The position numbers and the translations under genes were made by a program. From positions 132,338 through 196,337 of the IMG/VR virus record IMGVR_UViG_3300028534_000001: a DNA stretch of 64,000 nt. One strand, written 5' to 3'. Under the pieces are notes generated by a model that did no database searches, was not told where the DNA came from, and saw only the letters and a program-made list of their open reading frames with translations. This DNA comes from a virus (Duplodnaviria > Heunggongvirae > Uroviricota > Caudoviricetes). This document shows, piece by piece, positions 37,432 through 47,521 of this stretch (positions are counted from its first letter, which is position 1; every line of letters starts with the position of its first letter).

Positions 37432-38322
37432 TTAAAATATTCCTAATTTCTCTGAATATTCATTTATAATATCACTATTTATTATATTTTTTCTTATATA
37501 TTTTTTCAAAGCTTTTTTAAAACCTTCATCATAAACTTTACCTTTTATAATATTAACATATATTATTTTTAAATATGAAATAATATCTATTTTAGGATAT
37601 TTTATGTTAATAGCTGTATAAAAATAATCATCAATTATTTCAAAATTAACACCAACATATTCATAATAATCTTCTTTTAAAGAATAAGACATAATAATTT
37701 CTTTTTGAATAGTATTATTTGATAAATTTTTAATAAAATCAACTTCAATAATATCACTAATTGAAAAATATCCATCTAATACTTCAATATCTTTATCTTC
37801 TAAATTGAGATCTAAATTAAAAGTTTTAATTTCATTATTTGTCATAATAGAAATTGTATTTTCTTCATAATTAACTTCAACTATTGTTCCATTTTTATTA
37901 TTTATTTTAATGTTTAAATCACAACTATTTTTAACAATATATTCATATAATTCTTTAAAATTTTTAACTAATATATTACTATAATCCATTTTGTCTCCTT
38001 CTTTTACATTTTTAACATTTTCTAAAGGCGTATCATTAAATTTATAATCAAGTAATTTAATGTTTCTATCAAATTCATCTATTACAAAAAATACATCATA
38101 TAATATATTTTCATATTTAAAAGATATATAAAATTCATTTAAATTATATTTTTGAATTTTTTCAAATCTTAAAATTTTATAATTTTTATCTAAATTTGGT
38201 TTTAATTCACATATAATTTTATCATAATTTTTTGTATATATATTAAAAATTTTAGAAATATGATCTTTAATTAAAGATTCATATTCCCCTGTTTTAAATG
38301 AATTTATTTTATCATAAAACAT
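37432..38322 (-). CDS. hypothetical protein
   Basis: 296 aa ORF. Confidence 0.4.
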   Translation of the reverse strand: MFYDKINSFKTGEYESLIKDHISKIFNIYTKNYDKIICELKPNLDKNYKILRFEKIQKYNLNEFYISFKYENILYDVFFVIDEFDRNIKLLDYKFNDTPLENVKNVKEGDKMDYSNILVKNFKELYEYIVKNSCDLNIKINNKNGTIVEVNYEENTISIMTNNEIKTFNLDLNLEDKDIEVLDGYFSISDIIEVDFIKNLSNNTIQKEIIMSYSLKEDYYEYVGVNFEIIDDYFYTAINIKYPKIDIISYLKIIYVNIIKGKVYDEGFKKALKKYIRKNIINSDIINEYSEKLGIF

Positions 38323-39428
38323 TATAAAAGTTCTCCTGAAATTATTATTTCATTTGGTGTATTTTTTTCTTTAACATATGGTTCATTTACTTGTAAAATT
38401 TTATTCCAGTCAATACTTTTTGATTTATTCCATACATTTTGTAAATAACTATAAAGCATATCTGGATTAGTTGCTAATTCATCATTTTCTAAAACAATTA
38501 ACATTTGATAAATTAGTTCTTTTAATAATTCAAAACTTTTAACATCTTTAGGTGTATAATCTATATCAAGTTTTCTCATTAAATCTCTTGTATCTTTTGC
38601 TCCTAAAAATTCTTGTAAATTTTTATCATTTAATAATTCAAAAACTTCTTTATATAATTTTAAAGACTCATTAACAATAATATTATTTAGTCCTGCAAAA
38701 ACTTTATTTGTATTAACTGCTAAATCTTCACTTGCTATAATTAAATTATCAATATTTACATCTTCTACTTTTTTAGTTTTTAAATTTTTAGCTAATATAA
38801 TTGAATTAAAATCACTCATACTTATTCTAAAATTTAATGCTTCATTGATAAAACCAACAATTGAAGGAACCATTTTATTTTTTATTTCTTTTACTACTTG
38901 GTGTCTTTTAGGAAGTAAACTTAAATTAAAATCTAAAACAGCTGCAACATTTTCATCAAAATTTCTAAATTTTGCTACTAATTTATAAATTTCAATAATT
39001 CTATTATTTGCAGGTTCTTCTAATTCTTTCATTCTTTGTTCTACTAATAAAAGAATTTCTTGTCCAATTTTATCTATATTCATTCCACTTAACATAGCCA
39101 TTTCAATAAAATTTACAATTCTTTCTACATCAATTTCTGTTTTACCAGTTACTTCAAGTTTAATACTTGATAAATCTTTTGGCATTTTTGGTATTTCAAC
39201 TTTTACTTCTTTTCTATTAAGTTTTTTTACTGCTTCTACTAATTTTGCTACTTTTACTTTTTTATATCCAAAAATGTCTGCAATATCTTCATTTTTAAGA
39301 TATCTTAAATCAGAAATTTCTTCTACTTCTTCTACATCTAATAAATTTACTATTTTTTCAATTTTACTATCTTCTTCTTTAATTCCTGCTAATTCTAATA
39401 ATTCTTTAACACTTTCTTCTGTGATCAT
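38322..39428 (-). CDS. hypothetical protein
   Basis: A 368 aa ORF follows promoter 39452..39480. Confidence 0.45.
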   Translation of the reverse strand: MITEESVKELLELAGIKEEDSKIEKIVNLLDVEEVEEISDLRYLKNEDIADIFGYKKVKVAKLVEAVKKLNRKEVKVEIPKMPKDLSSIKLEVTGKTEIDVERIVNFIEMAMLSGMNIDKIGQEILLLVEQRMKELEEPANNRIIEIYKLVAKFRNFDENVAAVLDFNLSLLPKRHQVVKEIKNKMVPSIVGFINEALNFRISMSDFNSIILAKNLKTKKVEDVNIDNLIIASEDLAVNTNKVFAGLNNIIVNESLKLYKEVFELLNDKNLQEFLGAKDTRDLMRKLDIDYTPKDVKSFELLKELIYQMLIVLENDELATNPDMLYSYLQNVWNKSKSIDWNKILQVNEPYVKEKNTPNEIIISGELL

Positions 39429-39451
39429 TTTTTCTCCTTTATTTTTTTATA

Positions 39452-39480
39452 ATTATACCAAAAATTTTATTAAAAGTCAA
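39452..39480 (-). promoter_or_regulatory. sigma70-type early promoter
   Basis: The attata element is at 39452-39457 and agtcaa at 39475-39480, with a 17 nt spacer. Confidence 0.7.
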
Positions 39481-39485
39481 GAATT

Positions 39486-40037
39486 TTAACAAAAAATATT
39501 AAATTTTTTAAGCATTTGTTTAGGATATGTAATTAAAACATCTATAAAATACTTATTCAAAGCATAATCAAAAAGCCAATAATTTACATCACTTTTAAAT
39601 AAATTTTGATATATAGATTTAAAAATTATTTCTATTTTTATACTACCAAAAGATACAAACATTTCATAATATGGTGTTCCGTATTTTATTTGTACATTAG
39701 TAGTATAATATTCTAAATTTTTATTTTTTATAATTATACTATTTATAATTTTATTATCAATAACATTTGTTAAAATATAATTTTTTGTAATACTACTAAT
39801 AAACTCTTCATAAGAAATTTTTTCATATTTTATAATTCTTTTATTTAAACTATCATAAATATTAAATTTCTTTATTTCACCTTTTTCATTTTTTATTTGA
39901 ATCATTTCTTCATCATAATTTATACTTTCAATTTTTCCTTTTTTACCATCAATTTCAATATTTAAATTGCCACCATTTTCAAATAAAAAAACTACAAGTT
40001 GTAGAAAATTTTCAATTTTCTTTTCTATTAAAATCAT
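39486..40037 (-). CDS. hypothetical protein
   Basis: 183 aa ORF. Confidence 0.4.
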   Translation of the reverse strand: MILIEKKIENFLQLVVFLFENGGNLNIEIDGKKGKIESINYDEEMIQIKNEKGEIKKFNIYDSLNKRIIKYEKISYEEFISSITKNYILTNVIDNKIINSIIIKNKNLEYYTTNVQIKYGTPYYEMFVSFGSIKIEIIFKSIYQNLFKSDVNYWLFDYALNKYFIDVLITYPKQMLKKFNIFC

Positions 40038-40047
40038 TTTGATTACC

Positions 40048-40590
40048 TTATAAGTTAAATTCTTTAAAGTGGTATGCCAAATAAATGTAAAACATTTTAT
40101 CTAAAACCATTTGAATTGTTTCATCTAAAGTGTTATAAAATTGTATATCATTTTTCATAAATTCTTTTATATATCTTACTTTTTCGGCATTTTTAGGAAT
40201 ACCTACAATTAACTTTTTATAATTTTTTGAATACCAATAACCTAATTCAAATTGTGTACTCATTCCTATCATTTTATTCATTTCTCTTGGTATCCAAAAC
40301 ATAATAAGTTGAGATTTATTCATAGCATCTTTTTCATTTTCAATTTGATTAACTAATTTCTTATCATCTAAAATAATTTGTCTTTTAGGTGTTATTAAAT
40401 TAACATCAAAATTAAATCTTTTATAAATAGGATTTTCTAACATTTTTTCAAAAATTTTATAAGCATTTTCATGCCAATCATTTTCTTTTCCTCTGACAAT
40501 AGGACCTGCTAAAAATATTGAATTTTTATATTCAATATCTTTATCAATCACATTATAAATTTTCATTGATTCTCCTTTCAATAATAACAA
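40048..40590 (-). CDS. nucleoside 2-deoxyribosyltransferase-like protein (PF05014-like)
   Basis: SIFLAGPIVRGKENDW...LITP...QLIMFWIP...STQFELGYW resembles the deoxyribosyltransferase flavodoxin-like core (S.YLAGP...W......E.G.A). Confidence 0.35.
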   Translation of the reverse strand: MLLLKGESMKIYNVIDKDIEYKNSIFLAGPIVRGKENDWHENAYKIFEKMLENPIYKRFNFDVNLITPKRQIILDDKKLVNQIENEKDAMNKSQLIMFWIPREMNKMIGMSTQFELGYWYSKNYKKLIVGIPKNAEKVRYIKEFMKNDIQFYNTLDETIQMVLDKMFYIYLAYHFKEFNL

Positions 40591-40996
40591 TAGGTTTTAA
40601 ATCATTTTTATATTTGAAAAAAATGTTTATATATTTATCACATTCATTTATAATTAAATTTTCTTTAAAGTTTATTTTTTCGACAAATTTCTCATATATA
40701 TAATCTTGTAAGAAAATTAAACTTAAATTTTTATCTAAAAGTTCTTCGTATGTTTTTGTTCTATCTAAAAATCCATTATTAAAAATACCAACATTTCTTA
40801 AAACTAATGAACCACAATTTTGGTGTATAATTTTTCCTAATGTTTTTTTAGCAAAATCTTCTAAAGATTTTTTATAATTTTTTATATTATTTTTATAAAA
40901 TAAAATTTCATATTTTAAATCTTTAAAATATTTGTACATATTTTTATCTAATTCTTCTAAAATTTTTTGTTCTAATGTTTGTAAATTAAAATCCAT
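40553..40996 (-). CDS. hypothetical protein
   Basis: The 147 aa ORF overlaps the downstream gene by 38 nt. Confidence 0.35.
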   Translation of the reverse strand: MDFNLQTLEQKILEELDKNMYKYFKDLKYEILFYKNNIKNYKKSLEDFAKKTLGKIIHQNCGSLVLRNVGIFNNGFLDRTKTYEELLDKNLSLIFLQDYIYEKFVEKINFKENLIINECDKYINIFFKYKNDLKPIVIIERRINENL

Positions 40997-40998
40997 TT

Positions 40999-41898
40999 TT
41001 ACTCCTTATTTTTTATCATAAAATTTATATAATTATATAAAACATTTACATTATCTTTAAAATATACAAATGCTTTATTTTTAGTAATAGAATTATGATA
41101 ATCATTATTCAAACAACTTTTTAAACAACTTTTTACATCATTTATCATATAATCTTTAAATATAATAATAAATGAATCTTCTAAAATTTTATTATGATAT
41201 ATATAAAATTTATCAGCAAATTCAAATGAAGTTATGTATCTTTCAAATTCTCCTTCATATATATTTTTAGGAATTTTTGAATTTTGAACAAATAATTGTT
41301 TTAATTCTTTATCATTATATTCAAATTCAAATTTTCTTATATCTTTATTATTATATAAAACTATCCCAATATACTTAGATATTTTTGATTTTCTTTTAGA
41401 AATTAAATTATTTTTATTATTTATTTTTAAAAATAATTCAAATTTTTCTACTAATTTTTCAAAATTATCTGCATAATTTTTTTCTATAAAATCATAAAAT
41501 AATTTAAAATCATTATTTATGTTTTTATATAAAATTAAAATTTGTGGAACATAATTATCTTCTATATTATAAAATATCATAAAATTATCTCTAGTATCTA
41601 TAGATTTTTTATAAAATAACCAATTTTTTTCATCGTCATTAAATATATTTTCAAATAAATCAAAAGATATATCTATTATTTTATAATGAATGTGACATTT
41701 TAAAACCATTTCTTCTATAATTTTTTTATCAATATTTAATGTTTGTGTTATTTTTTCTATATTATTTTCATCTATTAAAATTATATTATATTCATTATTT
41801 TTCTCTTCTTTTTCTTTTTTTAAATCATTAAAATTACAAAAATAATTACATAATTTTAATTTTAATTTATCCATTATAGTCATTTTATATATAGCCAT
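40999..41898 (-). CDS. hypothetical protein
   Basis: 299 aa ORF. Confidence 0.4.
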   Translation of the reverse strand: MAIYKMTIMDKLKLKLCNYFCNFNDLKKEKEEKNNEYNIILIDENNIEKITQTLNIDKKIIEEMVLKCHIHYKIIDISFDLFENIFNDDEKNWLFYKKSIDTRDNFMIFYNIEDNYVPQILILYKNINNDFKLFYDFIEKNYADNFEKLVEKFELFLKINNKNNLISKRKSKISKYIGIVLYNNKDIRKFEFEYNDKELKQLFVQNSKIPKNIYEGEFERYITSFEFADKFYIYHNKILEDSFIIIFKDYMINDVKSCLKSCLNNDYHNSITKNKAFVYFKDNVNVLYNYINFMIKNKE

Positions 41899-42227
41899 TA
41901 TAAAATTCCTTTTTCTTTTAATTTATTAACAGTATGATTTATTTTTCTTTCAATATTACTTAAATCATTTTCTAATAAATCTAATTTAATATAATTTTTA
42001 TATCTTAAATTTTTATAAGTCTTCAATTCTATATATAAATGAACATTTTTATTAAGTGCTTTTAATTTTTGTCTCATTACATTTAATTCTTCTAGTTTTG
42101 AAATAGTGATATTTTTAATTTCACCTAATTCTTCAATATCTAAATTTTTATTTACGTTTTTTAATTTAGATATTTTTCTATTTAATTCATCAATTTTTGT
42201 TTCAATTTTTCTCTTTAAATTCTCCAT
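41898..42227 (-). CDS. coiled-coil hypothetical protein
   Basis: 109 aa ORF. Confidence 0.4.
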   Translation of the reverse strand: MENLKRKIETKIDELNRKISKLKNVNKNLDIEELGEIKNITISKLEELNVMRQKLKALNKNVHLYIELKTYKNLRYKNYIKLDLLENDLSNIERKINHTVNKLKEKGIL

Positions 42228-42242
42228 GTTTTCTCCTTAATT

Positions 42243-42569
42243 TTAAAAATATAATTCAATTATTTCATATAATTTATTTCTGTTTTCTAAACATATAAAA
42301 TTTTTTGTTAATTTAAATTCTAATAAATTATTTTCTAATTTTTCTTTTAATTTAAAAAATTTATCTCCTTTAATTTCTTTTTTATTTATAATAATACTTT
42401 CAAGTGTAAATTTTTTACATTTAATTTTTTTAGTATATTTGAAATGTGCATCAAAAATTATACCATCAACAAAACCTACTATATAAAAATTTAATTTTTT
42501 TCCATGAGTTTTATCTAAAATACTAAATTTTTCTTTTTCTAAAAATGTTACTTCTTTAGTATAAATCAT
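42243..42569 (-). CDS. hypothetical protein
   Basis: A 108 aa ORF follows promoter 42598..42626. Confidence 0.4.
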   Translation of the reverse strand: MIYTKEVTFLEKEKFSILDKTHGKKLNFYIVGFVDGIIFDAHFKYTKKIKCKKFTLESIIINKKEIKGDKFFKLKEKLENNLLEFKLTKNFICLENRNKLYEIIELYF

Positions 42570-42597
42570 TTTATATCCTTTTTCTTTTTATATTATA

Positions 42598-42626
42598 ATT
42601 ATACAATAAAAAAAGAAAAAAGTCAA
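42598..42626 (-). promoter_or_regulatory. sigma70-type early promoter
   Basis: The attata element is at 42598-42603 and agtcaa at 42621-42626, with a 17 nt spacer. Confidence 0.7.
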
Positions 42627-42638
42627 GAAAAAATAAAA

Positions 42639-43160
42639 TTATTCTTCCATAACTTTCATAAGTTTAATATCAACTAAATCATTAGAATAGTAATAATTTT
42701 TCATTAAATGGTATTCAACTATTGCATCCTCTTTGTTATCAAACACAATAGTTTCAACATCAACTTTTTCAATAAATTCAATGTCCATACCTATATCTCC
42801 ATCGTAATAACTTGATTTGCTTGCTTTTAAAATTTGAATGACCCATTTTTCTTTATATTTAGAAATAATTTCTTTTTTAATTCTTTTAAAGAAGTCTTTA
42901 TAATTTTCTATTTCAAATGAAATATCATAATAGTCAGTTTCAACATTTTTAAAAACATCTTTTAATAATTTTATTAAATATTTTTTATCTTCGTTTAATT
43001 CTTTATTCGTTACATTATAGTGATCAAAACCATATGTTCCAAATTCACACTGCACAATCAATTTATCATCTTTAAACGAATATGATATATATCTTAGACA
43101 AAAATAATTTGATTTGAATTTTTCAAGTTCATATTTTAAGAGTTTTTTTATATCTAACAT
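42639..43160 (-). CDS. hypothetical protein
   Basis: 173 aa ORF. Confidence 0.4.
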   Translation of the reverse strand: MLDIKKLLKYELEKFKSNYFCLRYISYSFKDDKLIVQCEFGTYGFDHYNVTNKELNEDKKYLIKLLKDVFKNVETDYYDISFEIENYKDFFKRIKKEIISKYKEKWVIQILKASKSSYYDGDIGMDIEFIEKVDVETIVFDNKEDAIVEYHLMKNYYYSNDLVDIKLMKVMEE

Positions 43161-43169
43161 CTTTTCTCC

Positions 43170-43442
43170 TTATATACATTCAAAATTATATTTTTTTGTA
43201 TTTAGAACATATTCTGATTTTACATTTTTAATAGATTTAATTATATTATCAATTAAAAAATCAACTTTATCTTCTTGTTTGTTTATTAAATTTTTATTTA
43301 TATGTGTTTTTAAATGATAATTTGTAATACCATTTGAAATATAAAAAACTTCCCAAATTCCATCATTAAAATGTTTTATTTTATATTCATCTTTTAAAAG
43401 TTCATTAACAATTTCTAAAGTTTCATTTATAATTTCTTTCAT
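43170..43442 (-). CDS. hypothetical protein
   Basis: A 90 aa ORF follows promoter 43465..43493. Confidence 0.4.
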   Translation of the reverse strand: MKEIINETLEIVNELLKDEYKIKHFNDGIWEVFYISNGITNYHLKTHINKNLINKQEDKVDFLIDNIIKSIKNVKSEYVLNTKKYNFECI

Positions 43443-43464
43443 GGATTTTCCTTATTTTTTTATT

Positions 43465-43493
43465 ATTATACAATAAAAATAAAGAAAAGTCAA
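43465..43493 (-). promoter_or_regulatory. sigma70-type early promoter
   Basis: The attata element is at 43465-43470 and agtcaa at 43488-43493, with a 17 nt spacer. Confidence 0.7.
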
Positions 43494-43515
43494 GAAAATT
43501 TAAGAGAAAAAAAGA

Positions 43516-44901
43516 TTATTTATCTATATTTTCTCTAATTTTATCAAGTGTTATTTCGTTTTTTATTTCTCCATTCTCAAAAACAACTTTTAGCATATCA
43601 ATATCGTTAGGTTGTTTTTCACTTTCTTTAATACAGATAATTTTATCATTTCTTTTAACAGTAATTACTTTACCTTTTTTAGATTGTTTTTTACTATCTG
43701 TTATAGGATTTTTAAACACTTCAACTCCAACTTTTTTACTATCTATATTTCTTTCAATATAAGAACATTTCATAGCAAAACTAAATGTATCTCTATCAAT
43801 TCCAGTTTGCCCTAATTGTGTTCCACTACCAAAAACAAAATTTTCAGCTGCATATCCTCTTTCTGTAAATATTTTAAGGATGTTATCAATTGTTTCAGGA
43901 TTAACACCATCACCCCATAGCACGCTCGTCCAACTACTTGCTTTCTTTCCATTTATTTCAATATCAAAAACATTGTTTTTTTCCATAATTTCAAACATTT
44001 TAGAAATGACTTCAATTGGGTTTCCACTATCTGGACGAATAACAAATGTTTGATTATTTTTAATAATTGATTTTCTAATATTACTTTCAGGTTTTGTAAC
44101 TTCATTTGTAAAATTATAAATATCATAACTATCTGCCACAAATGATAGGATAGCACCTTCTTTATCATTTTCTCTAACCATTCTTTCAATAAATGCTATT
44201 TCTTTTTCAGTTGAACCTTCAGCGTTAGCAGTAGTTGAACTATGTTCCGACGCAAATACGCTAAAAGCGCTTATTTCAGAACTATAAAAATCTCTTGCGA
44301 ATTTAAGAGAATTAAAATTATCTGTCCCATAAAATACACAATTATGAGCGAAACCACTAATTGCTGCTGATTCTACACTTGTCATACTTCTATCCCCAAA
44401 GTTATGATAAGCAAATCTTGCCCATTCTTCACTTCCATATTTTTTAAGCATTTCAAAAACCTGTTTGCTTTTAGTTGTAATAACTGTAGGATACCATATT
44501 TTCATAAGTATTGTCTCCACCCATCCTACTATCCACGGAACATTTTCATCTGTGCTTTCTACTATTACAAGTGGAACACCAGGTTTAACTTTTACACCTT
44601 CTTCAATTGCTTTAATTTTAATAGGAAGTCTTCCATCAAGTTCTTTAGCAATATACATCCAACCATCATAATTAAAATCTATTCCGTGAAGTTTAGCAAA
44701 TTTTGCTGCTTCTTCTACCATTTCTGTAGTAATTCTTTGACTAAGATACCTTTTTAGGTAATATTGAAGACCACTCATAATAATTGTATCAGGACCTTTT
44801 CTTGCCTCGATATAATCATACATATAACACATATCTTTTGGGTATTGTTTATAATGACCATATTTATAAGAATCACTCATCATTACTATATTTTCAACCA
44901 T
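43516..44901 (-). CDS. nadV: nicotinamide phosphoribosyltransferase (NadV/NAMPT)
   Basis: SDSYKYGHYKQYP matches NAMPT TDSYKVTHYKQYP. ADSYDIYN, VIRPDSGNP, FGSG, KCSY and VFKNP..D..K.SKKG all match NAMPT signature blocks. The length is 461 aa. Confidence 0.85.
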   Translation of the reverse strand: MVENIVMMSDSYKYGHYKQYPKDMCYMYDYIEARKGPDTIIMSGLQYYLKRYLSQRITTEMVEEAAKFAKLHGIDFNYDGWMYIAKELDGRLPIKIKAIEEGVKVKPGVPLVIVESTDENVPWIVGWVETILMKIWYPTVITTKSKQVFEMLKKYGSEEWARFAYHNFGDRSMTSVESAAISGFAHNCVFYGTDNFNSLKFARDFYSSEISAFSVFASEHSSTTANAEGSTEKEIAFIERMVRENDKEGAILSFVADSYDIYNFTNEVTKPESNIRKSIIKNNQTFVIRPDSGNPIEVISKMFEIMEKNNVFDIEINGKKASSWTSVLWGDGVNPETIDNILKIFTERGYAAENFVFGSGTQLGQTGIDRDTFSFAMKCSYIERNIDSKKVGVEVFKNPITDSKKQSKKGKVITVKRNDKIICIKESEKQPNDIDMLKVVFENGEIKNEITLDKIRENIDK

Positions 44902-44944
44902 TTTAAACTCCTTTTTTTAATTATAATATAATTTTTAATAAAAA

Positions 44945-45220
44945 CTAACTTTTTTGAAAATATTTTTTAAAATAATTATAAATTAAACTAATTATAAAAT
45001 TTATTGGTAAAAATAAAGTCAATATTATAAAAAATACAAATGATAAAATTATAACTAAAGAAACTATAGGTGTTCCTATTAAAATCCACAAATAAGTTAT
45101 AATATATTCTTTTATATTTTTAAATTTTAATTCAAATACAATTTTTCCATTTTTTTCTTTTACATAAAACAAAATCAATAATGAAAATGAAATATATAAA
45201 TACAAAATTAAATAAATCAT
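44945..45220 (-). CDS. small membrane protein
   Basis: 91 aa with two or three transmembrane helices. Confidence 0.35.
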   Translation of the reverse strand: MIYLILYLYISFSLLILFYVKEKNGKIVFELKFKNIKEYIITYLWILIGTPIVSLVIILSFVFFIILTLFLPINFIISLIYNYFKKYFQKS

Positions 45221-45484
45221 TTAATTTCCTTTTTCTAAATATTTTAAACAATGAATTTCATAAGGTTTTATACATACATATCCATAATTATCTTCATAAG
45301 GTGAAGTATAACACAAATAAATAACCCATTTTTTATTTTTATATTTTATATAAGAATCCATAGGATTTATTTTTTTATTTGTAAATACATCTAATGTAAA
45401 TTTACTAAATTTATAAATGTCTTTTAAAACTTCTAATTCTTTTAAAAGTTCATCAATACCATTAACTATACATAAGATATCCAT
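45221..45484 (-). CDS. hypothetical protein
   Basis: 87 aa ORF. Confidence 0.4.
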   Translation of the reverse strand: MDILCIVNGIDELLKELEVLKDIYKFSKFTLDVFTNKKINPMDSYIKYKNKKWVIYLCYTSPYEDNYGYVCIKPYEIHCLKYLEKGN

Positions 45485-45525
45485 TTTAAATCCTTTAATA
45501 ATTACAATTACCTATTTTAACTCCT

Positions 45526-45885
45526 TTAATATCTTTCTCTTATTAAATTATATGAAAATGAAACATTATCAATATTAGATAATATTTTAATCATATCTTT
45601 AATATTTGATTTTTCAACTAATAAACCTATATTATCAAAAATAAAATAATTAGGTTTATTTGTCTTATTATTATCATTCACTTTAGACATCATTTCTAAT
45701 AAATCTATAATAGATTTAAACTTATCATTTAAAACATTTGTAGATGAATCTAAACCTTTTTCATATAAATTAAAATCACTTTCTTCACAATTAAAGAAAA
45801 AAACATTATGTGTTCTAATTATATCATTTGCTATACTAATCAACAATTTTGTTTTACATTCATGAGAACGACCACCTATTACCAT
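45526..45885 (-). CDS. hypothetical protein
   Basis: 119 aa ORF. Confidence 0.35.
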   Translation of the reverse strand: MVIGGRSHECKTKLLISIANDIIRTHNVFFFNCEESDFNLYEKGLDSSTNVLNDKFKSIIDLLEMMSKVNDNNKTNKPNYFIFDNIGLLVEKSNIKDMIKILSNIDNVSFSYNLIRERY

Positions 45886-45902
45886 TTTCTATCTCCTTTA
45901 AT

Positions 45903-46049
45903 TTACAATATAAGTATTATCTATAATTATATTAGAATTTTCATTTTTATCTTTTTTAAATCTTTTTTTATCTTCATTCGTTATTTTTAATTCTTTTGGT
46001 AATTTAATACCTGATAATTTTAATAAAAATCTTGCTAACTTTTCCATTT
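45903..46049 (-). CDS. small hypothetical protein (about 49 aa), absent from ORF track
   Basis: MEKLARFLLKLSGIKLPKELKITNEDKKRF... lies immediately downstream of the variant promoter 46072..46100. Confidence 0.25.
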
Positions 46050-46071
46050 ATTCTCCTTTTTTTATAATATA

Positions 46072-46100
46072 ATTATACCAAAAAAGAAAAGAAAAATCAA
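46072..46100 (-). promoter_or_regulatory. sigma70-type early promoter, TTGATT -35 variant
   Basis: The attata element is at 46072-46077 and aatcaa at 46095-46100, with a 17 nt spacer. Confidence 0.5.
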
Positions 46101-46107
46101 CAAAAAA

Positions 46108-46707
46108 TTATTTTTTTAAAACAATTTTATCTTTTAATTTATAATAATTTAAAGGTTTTAAAAGATTTTGAAAAGATACCATATCCATTTCACTTCTATG
46201 AACAAACATATTTTCTACTATATGATCTTTTAAATTTACATCTTCATTCTTAACTAATTTATATAAATTATTCAAATATTCAAATTTTTTTAATAATTTT
46301 AATTTTTTATCTTTTTTAAATCTTTTAGAATTTATAATTGTTTCAATTTCTTTAATATCCATAAAAAGAATTAAAAAATCTTCTAATAATTCAAAAAACA
46401 ATTCAATATCAATAAAATTTTTACTATTGTTTAAAATATAACTATATATAACACCAGATGCATATAAAATAACATCTTCTTTTCTTTTTATTTGAAATAA
46501 TGACATTTCAGCTTCATAAACTAGTTTTGCAATATTTACAAAACCTGGTATTTTTTGTAATAAAATAGGAACATTATTATTTTCAATTTCATAATTTAAT
46601 TCATTATTAGGAATATTTACATTGAGACTTCCACCTAATGATTTATCAATTATTCCTTTAATTCCTTTATCATTTTTTAAATTTAAAATTATTTCATACA
46701 TACTCAT
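46108..46707 (-). CDS. hypothetical protein
   Basis: 199 aa ORF. Confidence 0.4.
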   Translation of the reverse strand: MSMYEIILNLKNDKGIKGIIDKSLGGSLNVNIPNNELNYEIENNNVPILLQKIPGFVNIAKLVYEAEMSLFQIKRKEDVILYASGVIYSYILNNSKNFIDIELFFELLEDFLILFMDIKEIETIINSKRFKKDKKLKLLKKFEYLNNLYKLVKNEDVNLKDHIVENMFVHRSEMDMVSFQNLLKPLNYYKLKDKIVLKK

Positions 46708-46709
46708 AT

Positions 46710-47120
46710 TTACTCCTTACATAAAAATGAATGATATGGACAATTACAATTTATAATTCTACCATAACCATATCTTTCTTTATTGTCTTCTTTTGGGCAT
46801 TCACAACCTGGTAATAAATTCCAATAAGTATAATAATTAGAGTCTTTTTCAAAACACCAAAGCTCTTGTAAATTTTCTTCTAATTTTTCTAATTTTTGAC
46901 CTATATCTTTTGCTATTCTTTTTCTAGTTTCATTCCATCCATTTAATTCTACTGTTTCATATAAATAATTAGCATTATCAAATAATTTTTTTAATTCTTT
47001 ATATTTTTCTTTCATTTTTTTGATGTTATTTTCTGGAACATTATTTTTAGTAAGTAATTTAACATTTAATTGTAATTCATTAACTATTTGCCTTGTTTCT
47101 TCAGAAACTTTACTCATCAT
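46710..47120 (-). CDS. Cys-rich hypothetical protein
   Basis: 136 aa with C-terminal PGCECPKED...NCNCPYHSFLC. Confidence 0.4.
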   Translation of the reverse strand: MMSKVSEETRQIVNELQLNVKLLTKNNVPENNIKKMKEKYKELKKLFDNANYLYETVELNGWNETRKRIAKDIGQKLEKLEENLQELWCFEKDSNYYTYWNLLPGCECPKEDNKERYGYGRIINCNCPYHSFLCKE

Positions 47121-47140
47121 ATTTACTCCTTCGTAAATTT

Positions 47141-47491
47141 TTAATTTACTTTAATACCTTCAATATATTTAGAACCTCTTTTAGAATATTTATAACCTTT
47201 ACCTGCTTCAATATACCATAAAATTTTATCAATATCTTTAATTTCTTTATCAGTATATTCTTTTAAAATATTCATTAAAATACTTTTTCTTTCTTCTCTA
47301 TCAATACTTCTTTCTACAACATGTTTAATTTTACCAAAACCATTCCATTCTTTATAATGATCAATTGTATATAAAGTATATTCTTTTCTACCTATTTTAA
47401 TTCTAATTTCTTCAGTTTTAAAATAACCTGTTTCTCCAACTTTTAAAAATCTTGAATTGATTGTTTTATTTAATGTTTTTATTTTTATCAT
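47141..47491 (-). CDS. hypothetical protein
   Basis: A 116 aa ORF follows promoter 47522..47550. Confidence 0.4.
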   Translation of the reverse strand: MIKIKTLNKTINSRFLKVGETGYFKTEEIRIKIGRKEYTLYTIDHYKEWNGFGKIKHVVERSIDREERKSILMNILKEYTDKEIKDIDKILWYIEAGKGYKYSKRGSKYIEGIKVN

Positions 47492-47521
47492 GATTTTTTC
47501 CTTGACTTTTTTTTATATTAT

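Noticed and set aside
43953-44189. A minus-strand 78 aa ORF inside nadV.
   Set aside because: It is an alternative frame wholly within the strongly supported NAMPT reading frame.
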